A stretch of DNA of 64,000 bases, from contig OZ253462.1 of the NCBI GenBank assembly GCA_965261395.1, forward strand, positions 4,352,001 through 4,416,000, given 5' to 3'. Under the pieces are notes generated by a model. It saw only the letters and a program-made list of their open reading frames with translations. It did no database searches and had not been told where the DNA came from. A program made the translations under genes and the position numbers. Of this stretch, positions 8,830 through 17,174 are shown one piece after another (position 1 is the stretch's first letter; every line of letters begins with the position of its first letter). Origin of the DNA: Candidatus Latescibacterota bacterium. GTDB taxonomy: Bacteria; Latescibacterota; UBA2968; UBA8231.

Positions 8830-10181
8830 GTTGCATTCCTCCCTGTTTGACCGCCGGCAAAGAGCTCCCGACGAAAGAGTGCCTTTTGTTGTTGGAGATA
8901 TTCGCCCTTACTCATGTTGGGCGCATGGGTTTGCAGGATGCCCTGGGCCGCGGACGCATCGCCGTACAGCAGGTCAATTGCCATCATGGCCAAGATTTTA
9001 GCCGGGGCGAGGTACCCAGCGGCTGGGTCGGCGATGCTCCAATCGGGTCCGTGGATCGTGCCGCTGGCCCCGGTCATAGCCGGGTGCAGCACGGGCATGA
9101 TCTGACTGAGGTCGCCAGCGTCGGTGGAGCCGCCGCCGTGGGGGTAATCCCGATACTGATCGGGGCCAAAAATCTGCGCAGCGTTGTCCTTAAAAAGCTG
9201 CCCTAAGTCGGGATCATTGCACAGCGGCAGGTACCCGGGCACGGTTTCGATCTCAACTGAGCAGCCGAGGGCGACCGCCGCACCCCGCAACGCCCGATCG
9301 ACCTTGTGAGACGCATCGAGTATCGCCTCGGAAGTGCGGGCGCGGACGTAGGTTTCCAGCCGCACATCGGCCGGGATGATATTGACCAGATCGCCCCCCT
9401 TGGTGATGATCGGATGCACCCGCACGCAGTCTTGGTCGCGGAAGGTCTCGCGCTGGGCGTCAATCGCGCTGAGGGCCAGTGTCGCCGCGCTGAGCGCGTT
9501 GACGCCTTTCTCTGGCGCACCTCCGGCGTGGGCAGCCCGGCCAATAAAACGCACGTTCTTGGCCAAGAAGCCATTGGACGAACGGGCGATCCCCACCGCT
9601 CCCTCGGTTTGGGCCGCACTGCTGGTGTGGATCATCACGGCCATATCTACGTCGTCGAAGTGGCCTAATTCGACCAGTTCGGGCTTGCCGCCGAGAAACG
9701 CGATCTTGCCTTCCTCGACAAGTCCTAAGCGGTAGTCTATCTCGACGTATTCTTCTGCGGGCACGGCGAAAAACGCGATGTCCCCAACCAATTCCTCGCT
9801 AACGCCGGCCTCTACAAGCCCATAGGCGGCCCCTACCATCCCGGCGATCTGGGCGTTGTGTCCACAGGCATGTGCCGCCCCGGTTGCCGGGTCGGCGCGT
9901 GGGTGATCGGGCACGATAAGCGCATCGAGTTCGCCCATCAGCGCCACCGTCGGCCCCAATTGCCGCCCTTTGAGCCGGGCCTTCACGCCAGTCAGTGCCA
10001 GTTCCCGCTCGTACTGCAATCCAAGATCGGAAAAACTTTCGCAGACGCGATGGGCCGTCTGCTCCTCCTTAAAGCCCAATTCGGGCTGGTCCATGATGGC
10101 TTCGCCCAGCCCGATGATCCGCTCGCTCTGCCGATCAATGGCCGCGCAGACAGCCGCCTTTAATTCCTCTTTGCTCCGCAT
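8826..10181 (-). CDS. M20 family amidohydrolase
   Basis: PELGFKE, GELDAL, HACGHNAQ, PAEE, GSTDAGD. Start trimmed to ATG 10181 (MRSKEELK), which follows a sigma-70 promoter. Confidence 0.9.
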   Translation of the reverse strand: MRSKEELKAAVCAAIDRQSERIIGLGEAIMDQPELGFKEEQTAHRVCESFSDLGLQYERELALTGVKARLKGRQLGPTVALMGELDALIVPDHPRADPATGAAHACGHNAQIAGMVGAAYGLVEAGVSEELVGDIAFFAVPAEEYVEIDYRLGLVEEGKIAFLGGKPELVELGHFDDVDMAVMIHTSSAAQTEGAVGIARSSNGFLAKNVRFIGRAAHAGGAPEKGVNALSAATLALSAIDAQRETFRDQDCVRVHPIITKGGDLVNIIPADVRLETYVRARTSEAILDASHKVDRALRGAAVALGCSVEIETVPGYLPLCNDPDLGQLFKDNAAQIFGPDQYRDYPHGGGSTDAGDLSQIMPVLHPAMTGASGTIHGPDWSIADPAAGYLAPAKILAMMAIDLLYGDASAAQGILQTHAPNMSKGEYLQQQKALFRRELFAGGQTGRNAT

Positions 10182-10206
10182 AAATCTCCGTCTTTTTAGG
10201 TCGGCC

Positions 10207-10235
10207 AGTATAGCCGGCGTCGCTGGGGTTGTCAA
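10207..10235 (-). promoter_or_regulatory. Sigma-70 promoter for the amidohydrolase-epimerase-dat operon
   Basis: Minus strand TTGACA-N17-TATACT. Confidence 0.75.
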
Positions 10236-10328
10236 GCAATTCCTTGGCTTGCGCAGGTATAGCACACCCCTTAATTTTTTGAGGCCGGAAGCCTTTGCCC
10301 AGCCCCAAACTCGTCCAGAGCCATTGCA

Positions 10329-10697
10329 TTGTACAAAATCCTTATCATCGACCGCAATCCCATATTTGGTGCCACCCTCGCCGGGCTGCTCGAGCGGGCC
10401 GGCTATCAGGTCGAAGTCGCCAACCAACTAGACGACGGACTCGACCACTACCTACTCAACGCCCCGGACTTAGTCCTCCTCGGCGTCGAGGTTGACGACC
10501 CCGCCCCTTTTGTCGCGGCGAGTCGCTTGCTCGGCAACACCAAGGTCATCGCCTTCCTGTCGCGCCAAAGGCGCTCATCCGACGACCTGCAGGAGGTGCT
10601 GCAAACCCTCAGAGGGTGCCCCATTTTTTACAAACCCTTCCGCACCGAGGACGTCCTCACCGCCATCGCCGCAGAATTAGTGCCGCACGAGACCTGA
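10329..10697 (+). CDS. Single-domain response-regulator-like (pseudo-receiver) protein
   Basis: KILIIDRN...AGYQVEVA...PDLVLLG...FYKPF receiver pattern; Gly at the phospho-Asp position. Confidence 0.7.
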   Translation: MYKILIIDRNPIFGATLAGLLERAGYQVEVANQLDDGLDHYLLNAPDLVLLGVEVDDPAPFVAASRLLGNTKVIAFLSRQRRSSDDLQEVLQTLRGCPIFYKPFRTEDVLTAIAAELVPHET

Positions 10698-10700
10698 GCC

Positions 10701-11678
10701 TCAGCCGTGCGACAACACCCCGATGTCCTCGCCGCGCTGATAGTTAAGCGCATCTACCATCATCCGCACGATGTCGCAACTGGGGCTGAACCCTAGATAT
10801 TCCTCGGCCTTGCGCAGGTTGAATTCGTAAAAGGTGGGAGTAGCCTTTACAGCCGCTTCGACGTGGGGCATGTCGCGCAATTCGGCGAGCCGGTAACTAA
10901 CCTCGTCCCAAGTGAAAGGACGCGGCCCAGCTAGCTGGAAGGTCTCGCCCAACGCCCTTTCTTTGCCCAAGGCGCAAAGGCACCCATGCACGATGTCGCG
11001 CACATCGGCGATGTGCTTTTTGAAGGGACGGTCGCGCTGGTCTTTTAGTAGCACCGCGCACTCCTCGCCCTGCCACAGGGCAGCCAGTTCCGGGTGCACC
11101 TCCTTCATCTTGCTCAGGTAGAACTGCGGGAACTGCAAAATTTCGTCCGCCGCCCGGACCATGGCGAAACGCAAGATCGTCGTCGGCACCCCGTAGCCCT
11201 GCCAATAGCCGTTGCACAATTCCTCGCCCAGCGCCTTAGTCAAGGCATAAGCCCCCTTGGGCACACACGGCGTCTGTTCATCAATGGGCGAGCTCATGCC
11301 GCCGGGGACGTACTTGTCGTAGAGCGCATCCGAGCTGGCGAACAGGAGTTGGCCCATCCCCTTCACTCGACGCACGGCCTCTAGCATGTTGAAGGTGCCG
11401 CGCACGTTGATCTCAAAAAACTCCTCGTCGGTAAAGGGGCCACCACCCTGGAAGGCCGCCCCCAAGTGATAGACTGCCTCAACTCCCTCGACCGCCTGCT
11501 CGACTGCGGCCGGCTCTGTCAAACTCCCCTCGACTAGCTCGACCTGCATCTTCTTGAGGTTTTCCACTCGCGGATCTCGGGGCCAGACCAACCCGCGCAG
11601 ATGGTGGCCGCGCTCGACGAGTTGTTTGGCCAAGTTGGCACCAATGCGGCCGGTAATCCCAGTAATCAGTATCTTCAC
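10701..11678 (-). CDS. NAD-dependent epimerase/dehydratase (extended SDR)
   Basis: ITGITGRIG, YHLGA, NVRGT, YALTK catalytic motif. Confidence 0.9.
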   Translation of the reverse strand: MKILITGITGRIGANLAKQLVERGHHLRGLVWPRDPRVENLKKMQVELVEGSLTEPAAVEQAVEGVEAVYHLGAAFQGGGPFTDEEFFEINVRGTFNMLEAVRRVKGMGQLLFASSDALYDKYVPGGMSSPIDEQTPCVPKGAYALTKALGEELCNGYWQGYGVPTTILRFAMVRAADEILQFPQFYLSKMKEVHPELAALWQGEECAVLLKDQRDRPFKKHIADVRDIVHGCLCALGKERALGETFQLAGPRPFTWDEVSYRLAELRDMPHVEAAVKATPTFYEFNLRKAEEYLGFSPSCDIVRMMVDALNYQRGEDIGVLSHG

Positions 11679-11833
11679 GCAGCCCTCCCGGTTGAATTGC
11701 CAACAACAAACCGCACCGCATCGCTGCTGGCAACCCCACCGCGACGAGAAAGAAGGCTGGAAAAGATGACGGCCTGTTTTATATTTAAAGAATATTACTT
11801 CCTCGGCCCTTGGCTTGACGCCTTACAACGAAG

Positions 11834-13114
11834 ATGTCACCTGCTCAACTTCGCATTCTAGTCCCTCTCGAAAACCCGCACCAAGAACACAATCTCGTCG
11901 ACTTGGCTGCGACCCTCGCCCCTTCTCCTTGGGGCGAACTGCACTTGACCCACATCCTGACGCCCGACTCTGCACCCCTGCCCAACATAGAACAGGCACT
12001 CCAAGTTTCGGCCGACCGGGCCATGGCCCACGACATCGGCGCAATCGCGCATTTGGAAGAAGACGAGGACGTGACGAGCGGAATTCAGCGGGCTGTCCGC
12101 CGCTGGAGCTGCAACATGATGCTCATGGCCTGGAAGGCCAATGTCGAGCGCGACGCGATCCTATCCGCAGCCAACCGCGCTCTGACCAAGGCCATCGACG
12201 TCGACACCTTGATTTTTAAGGAAAAGAAGCGCGGGCCGGTGCGCCGGATTCTCGTGCCCTTCGGCGGCGGCAATCACGCGCTGGTGGGCGTGCAGATCGC
12301 CTACGATCTGGCCCAAACCTGGGGCGCTGAGTTGGAGATTCTCCGCATCGCCCGCGACACCCGCGACCCCTCCGACCCGATCCTCCAGCGCTACTGTTCG
12401 CAGCTAGCCGCAGACACGCGCTTGCAGCTAGAGTTGCTGAAGATCGATGTACCGTTGACGGTGGTCCCGGCCGTCGATGTGGTCCCGGCCATCGTCGAAA
12501 AGGCGCAAAACCACGATTTGATCGTACTCGGTGCCTCAAACGACTGGCGCCAAGAGGAACATCTCGCCGGCTCCATCCCGGACGAGATCGCCTATCGGGT
12601 GCCCTGTTCGGTACTAATGGTCCGCTCGGCTGCGGCCAACGACTTGCAGCTAAGTCGCATTTTCTGGGAGCACACCATCCGCTTGGACCTCACCCCCAAA
12701 GACAAGTGGGATGCCATCGCCCAGATGGTCGATGCGTTAATCGAAGAAAAACAAATCCCCGCCAACGAACGCCAGACCGTACTCGAGGCCGCGCTCGACC
12801 GCGAGCGCAAAGGCTCAACCTCGCTAGGGCACGGCACGGCCATTCCCCATGCGCCCATCCCGGATCTGGACGGGATTATCGGCTGCTTGGGGATTTGCCG
12901 ACAGGGCATTGACTTTGAAGGTACTACCCCTGAGCCGGTACACTTCATCTTCCTGCTGTTGACCCCGGAACAAAACTACCGCAGCTATATCCCGATCCTC
13001 GCCCAGATCGCGACCTTGATGCATGCCGACACCACCCACCGCGACATGCTCGCCTCGCAAACGCCGGCGGAAATAACCGCCGTTCTCAAGAGCCTGCCGC
13101 AACCGCGCCGCTAA
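11834..13114 (+). CDS. Tandem universal stress protein domains fused to a PTS EIIA (Ntr/Fru-type) domain
   Basis: ILVP...; RRILVPFGGG...DLIVLGAS...GSIPDEIAYRVPCSVLMVR; C-terminal DRERKGSTSLGHGTAIPHA and PVHFIFLLL. Confidence 0.85.
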   Translation: MSPAQLRILVPLENPHQEHNLVDLAATLAPSPWGELHLTHILTPDSAPLPNIEQALQVSADRAMAHDIGAIAHLEEDEDVTSGIQRAVRRWSCNMMLMAWKANVERDAILSAANRALTKAIDVDTLIFKEKKRGPVRRILVPFGGGNHALVGVQIAYDLAQTWGAELEILRIARDTRDPSDPILQRYCSQLAADTRLQLELLKIDVPLTVVPAVDVVPAIVEKAQNHDLIVLGASNDWRQEEHLAGSIPDEIAYRVPCSVLMVRSAAANDLQLSRIFWEHTIRLDLTPKDKWDAIAQMVDALIEEKQIPANERQTVLEAALDRERKGSTSLGHGTAIPHAPIPDLDGIIGCLGICRQGIDFEGTTPEPVHFIFLLLTPEQNYRSYIPILAQIATLMHADTTHRDMLASQTPAEITAVLKSLPQPRR

Positions 13115-13761
13115 GCCCCCTCGACCTGGCCGGCAAAATAATCGCAATGCGGCATGAGTACGCACTCGTCGCACAGGGGCTTGCGCGCCTTGCACACGTA
13201 GCGACCGTGCAAAACCACGCGCTGTCCAAAAGCCGTCCATTCCTCGGCTGGCAGTAGCTGCTCTAAGGCCATTTCGACCTTGGCCGGATCCTTTTCTGCA
13301 GTCAGCCCCAAGCGCCGACCCACCCGGCCTACGTGCGTATCGACCACGATGCCGGGCACGCCATACACGTTGCCGAGGATGACATTGGCACTCTTGCGAC
13401 CAATGCCGGGCAAGCGAGTCAAAGCGTCCATTTGCCCGGGGACTTGGCCGTCGTGTTCGGCAATGAGCATCGCCATGGCCGCGCGGATATTTTTGGCCTT
13501 TTGCCGGTAGAAGCCGGTTGGACGAATATCCTTCTCCAGTTCCTCTGCCTTCACCGCCACGTAATCGGCTGCGCACTGGTATTTTTTGAACAACACTGCG
13601 GTGACTTCATTGACCTTAACATCCGTGCTCTGCGCCGCGAGCACGGTGGCCACCATCAGCTCCAAGGCATTGCCGTAGTTGAGTTCCACTCTCGCTTCGG
13701 GAATGGTTTTCTTCAATTCCCTACAGACGATCTGTGCCCGCTCGACTTCGCGCTCCCCCAC
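13111..13761 (-). CDS. nth: Endonuclease III
   Basis: LAAQSTDVKVN, HhH LPGIGRKSANV, VDTHV, CKARKPLCDECVLMPHC 4Fe-4S motif. Start trimmed to GTG 13761 after an AAGGAAG RBS. Confidence 0.95.
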   Translation of the reverse strand: MGEREVERAQIVCRELKKTIPEARVELNYGNALELMVATVLAAQSTDVKVNEVTAVLFKKYQCAADYVAVKAEELEKDIRPTGFYRQKAKNIRAAMAMLIAEHDGQVPGQMDALTRLPGIGRKSANVILGNVYGVPGIVVDTHVGRVGRRLGLTAEKDPAKVEMALEQLLPAEEWTAFGQRVVLHGRYVCKARKPLCDECVLMPHCDYFAGQVEGA

Positions 13762-13775
13762 TTCGACTTCCTTCT

Positions 13776-14972
13776 TCAGCGCCGAGACGGCTCGGATAGC
13801 TCGACGCCAGGGCCGGCCCCACGCACGCGCCGGCCCCACAGGTGGATGCGGCCCTTCCAGCGAAAAATCCCCAAGCATCCAACACTGCCGACCAAAACTA
13901 CGTGCAGAGGCTGCAACAAGGCCCAAAGAGGAAAATAGCGGCGTAATTCGCGCCGGCCCGATAGCACTATTCCACCATTAAACACACCCCACTCGCCCCA
14001 CACTTTTGCCACCACCACGCCCAAGGCCCACAGGGGATCCAGCAAGCCGGCCAAGCACAGCAAGGGGGCCACGAGCATCACCCAGCTCAAAACGTAGGTG
14101 AGCAGCATATAGCCAAAAAAAAGCGGATCTAGGCGGGCGAGGACCGGGGCATTGGAGGCCCAGCGACTGCGCTGACCGAATAATCCGCCCCAAGATCCGG
14201 CCACCGGGTGCCGCACAAAGGTCGCTGGCTGGTTGGCAAAAACAATGGACCACCGGCCTGAGCGGCGCATGGCCTGCATGAGTAGCACATCGTCTCCAGA
14301 AGCCCGGTGCATGATCTTTTCATAGCCACCAACGTCGAAAAACGCCTCCCGCAAAAAGGCCAAATTCTGCCCGGAGGCCGCCATGGGATGGCCCCATCCG
14401 GCGCTGCCCCATATACAAGCCATCAAACAGGTGAAGTCAACGGCCTCGTATCCCTGGCACCACCCTTTGATCTCGGATGGCGAGCCGATTTGCGAAAAGC
14501 CTATGACCATGCCCACCCCGTCGGCAAAGTGCGACAATATCCCGCTGATCCATCCCGGAGTGACCTGGCAGTCGGCATCCGTGGTGAGAATCACCTCCCC
14601 CCGTGCTTCGGCGATCCCCAAGCTGAGCGCGGCCTTCTTGGAACCCGGCCCTTCGGTTCGCAGCAATCGCACAGCCACAGTCTCCCCGCTGAACTCGCGC
14701 ACTATGTGGCCAGTGCCATCGGTGGAGCCGTCGTCAACGACGATGATTTCGTAGCGATCTTGGGGATAATCCTGCGCCAGCAGGGAGCGCAGACAGCAGG
14801 CTATGTGCGAGGATTCGTTGCGGGCGGCGACGACGACCGAGGCCAAGGGGACGCGCTCGGCATTGGCATTGCCGGGACCGCGGCGCATCCCGGTGACGAA
14901 CCAACAAGCCCCGAGCAAGTAGGCTAGCGCACAGAATGCCAAGAGGTACTCGGGCGCGTACAGCGCGTGCAT
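13776..14972 (-). CDS. GT2 family glycosyltransferase with TM helices
   Basis: VAARNE, VDDGSTD, SKKAAL, TDADC, SGDD, QRSRW. ATG overlaps the radical SAM stop codon. Confidence 0.9.
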   Translation of the reverse strand: MHALYAPEYLLAFCALAYLLGACWFVTGMRRGPGNANAERVPLASVVVAARNESSHIACCLRSLLAQDYPQDRYEIIVVDDGSTDGTGHIVREFSGETVAVRLLRTEGPGSKKAALSLGIAEARGEVILTTDADCQVTPGWISGILSHFADGVGMVIGFSQIGSPSEIKGWCQGYEAVDFTCLMACIWGSAGWGHPMAASGQNLAFLREAFFDVGGYEKIMHRASGDDVLLMQAMRRSGRWSIVFANQPATFVRHPVAGSWGGLFGQRSRWASNAPVLARLDPLFFGYMLLTYVLSWVMLVAPLLCLAGLLDPLWALGVVVAKVWGEWGVFNGGIVLSGRRELRRYFPLWALLQPLHVVLVGSVGCLGIFRWKGRIHLWGRRVRGAGPGVELSEPSRR

Positions 14973-16039
14973 TAGCCCTTGATTTCCTTGATCAGTGAGA
15001 ACATACCTCGATAGCCTTCGGAGCAGTTGCGGCACATGTCGAAGCTATTGCGGTCGGCGAGGACCTGACCGCGAAAGTCCATATAGGCCCGGCTGTGCCA
15101 GATCTCGTCAAAAGAACGGCCGTCGAAAGCCTGTCCCATGGCAAAGTCAACGTCCTTGTCGAAACAGCAGGGCGCGACCGCTCCATTCCAATTGACCATT
15201 GAGCTGTACCACAGCACTTTGCAACCCCGCGTGGGCTGCCCCTTGACCACCAATTCGTCCTCCGCGTGCTCGTAGCGGCTGTATTGTTCGTCCTCGGGCA
15301 AGAACGCCTCGGCGTCCGCCGCGGTGTAAACCTGGGCGGTCTTGACCAAGAACTTGTCAACACGTAGGTCCTTGGCCAGCGCTTCGGCCGTGGCCATATC
15401 GCGCTCGTTGTGCTTCATAACGATGAATTGCAAGTTGATCTGCGGCGTCTGAGAACCGAGTGCCTCTTTGGCTGCGACCAGCAGGCGGACCCCAGAAAAG
15501 ACGCGCTCGATCTGGCCGCCGACCCGGTACTGTTCGTACGTGGCTTGGTCAACCCCGTCCAGCGAGACGATCATTTCGTCTAGCCCAGACTCGACGATGG
15601 CCTGCGCCTGCTCTGGGCTGCGGACGAAGTGGCCGTTGGTGCTGGTGAAGGTGAAGATGCCACGGTCGCTGGCGTAGCGCACCATCTGGTTAAAGCACTT
15701 GTTGATATACGGCTCGCCTTGGTTCCACAGCATCATCATAAAGACCTCGTCGCCGAGCTCATCAACCAACTTTTTGAAATCCTCCAAGCCCATAGTGCCC
15801 CGGGGGCGACGCATCTCGCCGTTGCCCGATGGGCACAAGGGGCACTTGAGGTTACAGAAGTTGGTCGGCTCGACCATGAGCATAAAAGGACGCCCCCATA
15901 CAATGGGCCGACGGGTCATCCACGACAGCCCCATGGAGGCCAAAACGGCGCAAAAATTAATTAGCCGCTTCCAGGAAAATACGCGGGCGTAGCGCCGAAC
16001 GTAGCTCGGCAGTGCTTTGGGCGTGATTAGGTAAGCCAA
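14972..16039 (-). CDS. Radical SAM protein with SPASM/twitch domain
   Basis: CNLKCPLC, NQGEP, SLDG, C-terminal CKVLW...PCCFD...CRNC. Confidence 0.92.
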   Translation of the reverse strand: MAYLITPKALPSYVRRYARVFSWKRLINFCAVLASMGLSWMTRRPIVWGRPFMLMVEPTNFCNLKCPLCPSGNGEMRRPRGTMGLEDFKKLVDELGDEVFMMMLWNQGEPYINKCFNQMVRYASDRGIFTFTSTNGHFVRSPEQAQAIVESGLDEMIVSLDGVDQATYEQYRVGGQIERVFSGVRLLVAAKEALGSQTPQINLQFIVMKHNERDMATAEALAKDLRVDKFLVKTAQVYTAADAEAFLPEDEQYSRYEHAEDELVVKGQPTRGCKVLWYSSMVNWNGAVAPCCFDKDVDFAMGQAFDGRSFDEIWHSRAYMDFRGQVLADRNSFDMCRNCSEGYRGMFSLIKEIKG

Positions 16040-16052
16040 ATCAACTCCTTTA

Positions 16053-17165
16053 TCAGGTTTTCCAGCGAAACCATCCCCAACGGCCGAGGATGGTAAAAAT
16101 CAGCACATAGGGAATATATAAAACTTCCACTAGCGGCAAATAGCGCAGGTGCGCGTGCTCCTCGGGCGTGGCCATCCGCTTGAGCAGCAAAAAGTCAACG
16201 GCCCAGCGCATAAACCACGCGCCCGCGACCCAGCCATCCCAGCTTTGGGTCCAGAGCATCTGCACCAGTCCCCAAGCGAGAAAGCCGTGGAACAAATAGA
16301 CGCCTACGGCCAAATAAAACGCGCGGCCCTTGTAGTGGCCTCCTTTGGCCGCGTGCCGCAGCTTTTGCTGCACCGCGTCCGCGAGCTTAGCTGGCGGCGG
16401 CTGCGAGAGGACGACAGCTTGGCGATTAAACGCCATGGCCCACCTGCCTTGGGCACTCAACAAACGCATGAAGTACACGTCGTCGCCCCCGATCAGATGC
16501 CCGATTTGCGCGAAGCCACCCAGCTCGTCGTACACTTGGCGGCGATAGCCCAAATTGCGGCCTGTACACGACAGCGGGTGCCCCATGCCAAAGCTGCCCG
16601 CTCCCAGCGCCCCGACCCCGATATTGTCCACAGCCAAGACCTTGGCCAGCACGCCGGAAACCGGATCGGGCCGCGCATACCCGGCGACTAAGCCAACCTC
16701 TGGCGCAAAGTGCGCCACCATCGAGCGAACCCAATCTGCGGGCGGGCGGCAATCGGCATCAGTAAAGAGCAAGATATCCCCCGTGCTCGCTGCAATCCCC
16801 TCGGCTAACGCGCTTTTCTTCGGGCACTTAAACCGCCCGTCCGGCGCAGCTTGCACGCCCTTGAGCGCCGGCCAAGTCGCCGCCTTCGCGGCAATGAGGT
16901 CCCAAGTTCGGTCGCGCGAGTGGTCGTCCACAACGATCACTTCAAACGCTCCCTGATAATCTTGGCAGGCGAGAGCGTCCAAGCAATGCGGCAAGGTTGC
17001 CTCCTCGTCACGTGCGGCGACGATGGCGCTGACTGAGGGTCGATCTCTGACTAGGGCCGGGCCGGGTCGCCGCCCGTTCAAGCCGCGCCACAGCCAGAGG
17101 ACACTGCCCACGTAGATCGCGCCGCTCAAGAGCAAACCGGCCTTTTGCAGATCCATAAGCTCCAT
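16053..17165 (-). CDS. GT2 family glycosyltransferase
   Basis: VAARDE, VDDHSRD, PKKSAL, TDADC, GGDD, QKLRH; paralog of 13776-14972. Confidence 0.9.
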   Translation of the reverse strand: MELMDLQKAGLLLSGAIYVGSVLWLWRGLNGRRPGPALVRDRPSVSAIVAARDEEATLPHCLDALACQDYQGAFEVIVVDDHSRDRTWDLIAAKAATWPALKGVQAAPDGRFKCPKKSALAEGIAASTGDILLFTDADCRPPADWVRSMVAHFAPEVGLVAGYARPDPVSGVLAKVLAVDNIGVGALGAGSFGMGHPLSCTGRNLGYRRQVYDELGGFAQIGHLIGGDDVYFMRLLSAQGRWAMAFNRQAVVLSQPPPAKLADAVQQKLRHAAKGGHYKGRAFYLAVGVYLFHGFLAWGLVQMLWTQSWDGWVAGAWFMRWAVDFLLLKRMATPEEHAHLRYLPLVEVLYIPYVLIFTILGRWGWFRWKT

Positions 17166-17174
17166 AAGGCGGCC

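Noticed and set aside
14972-16039. RiPP maturase role for the radical SAM/SPASM protein
   Set aside because: No precursor peptide, RRE domain, peptidase or dedicated exporter is adjacent; the context is glycosyltransferases.
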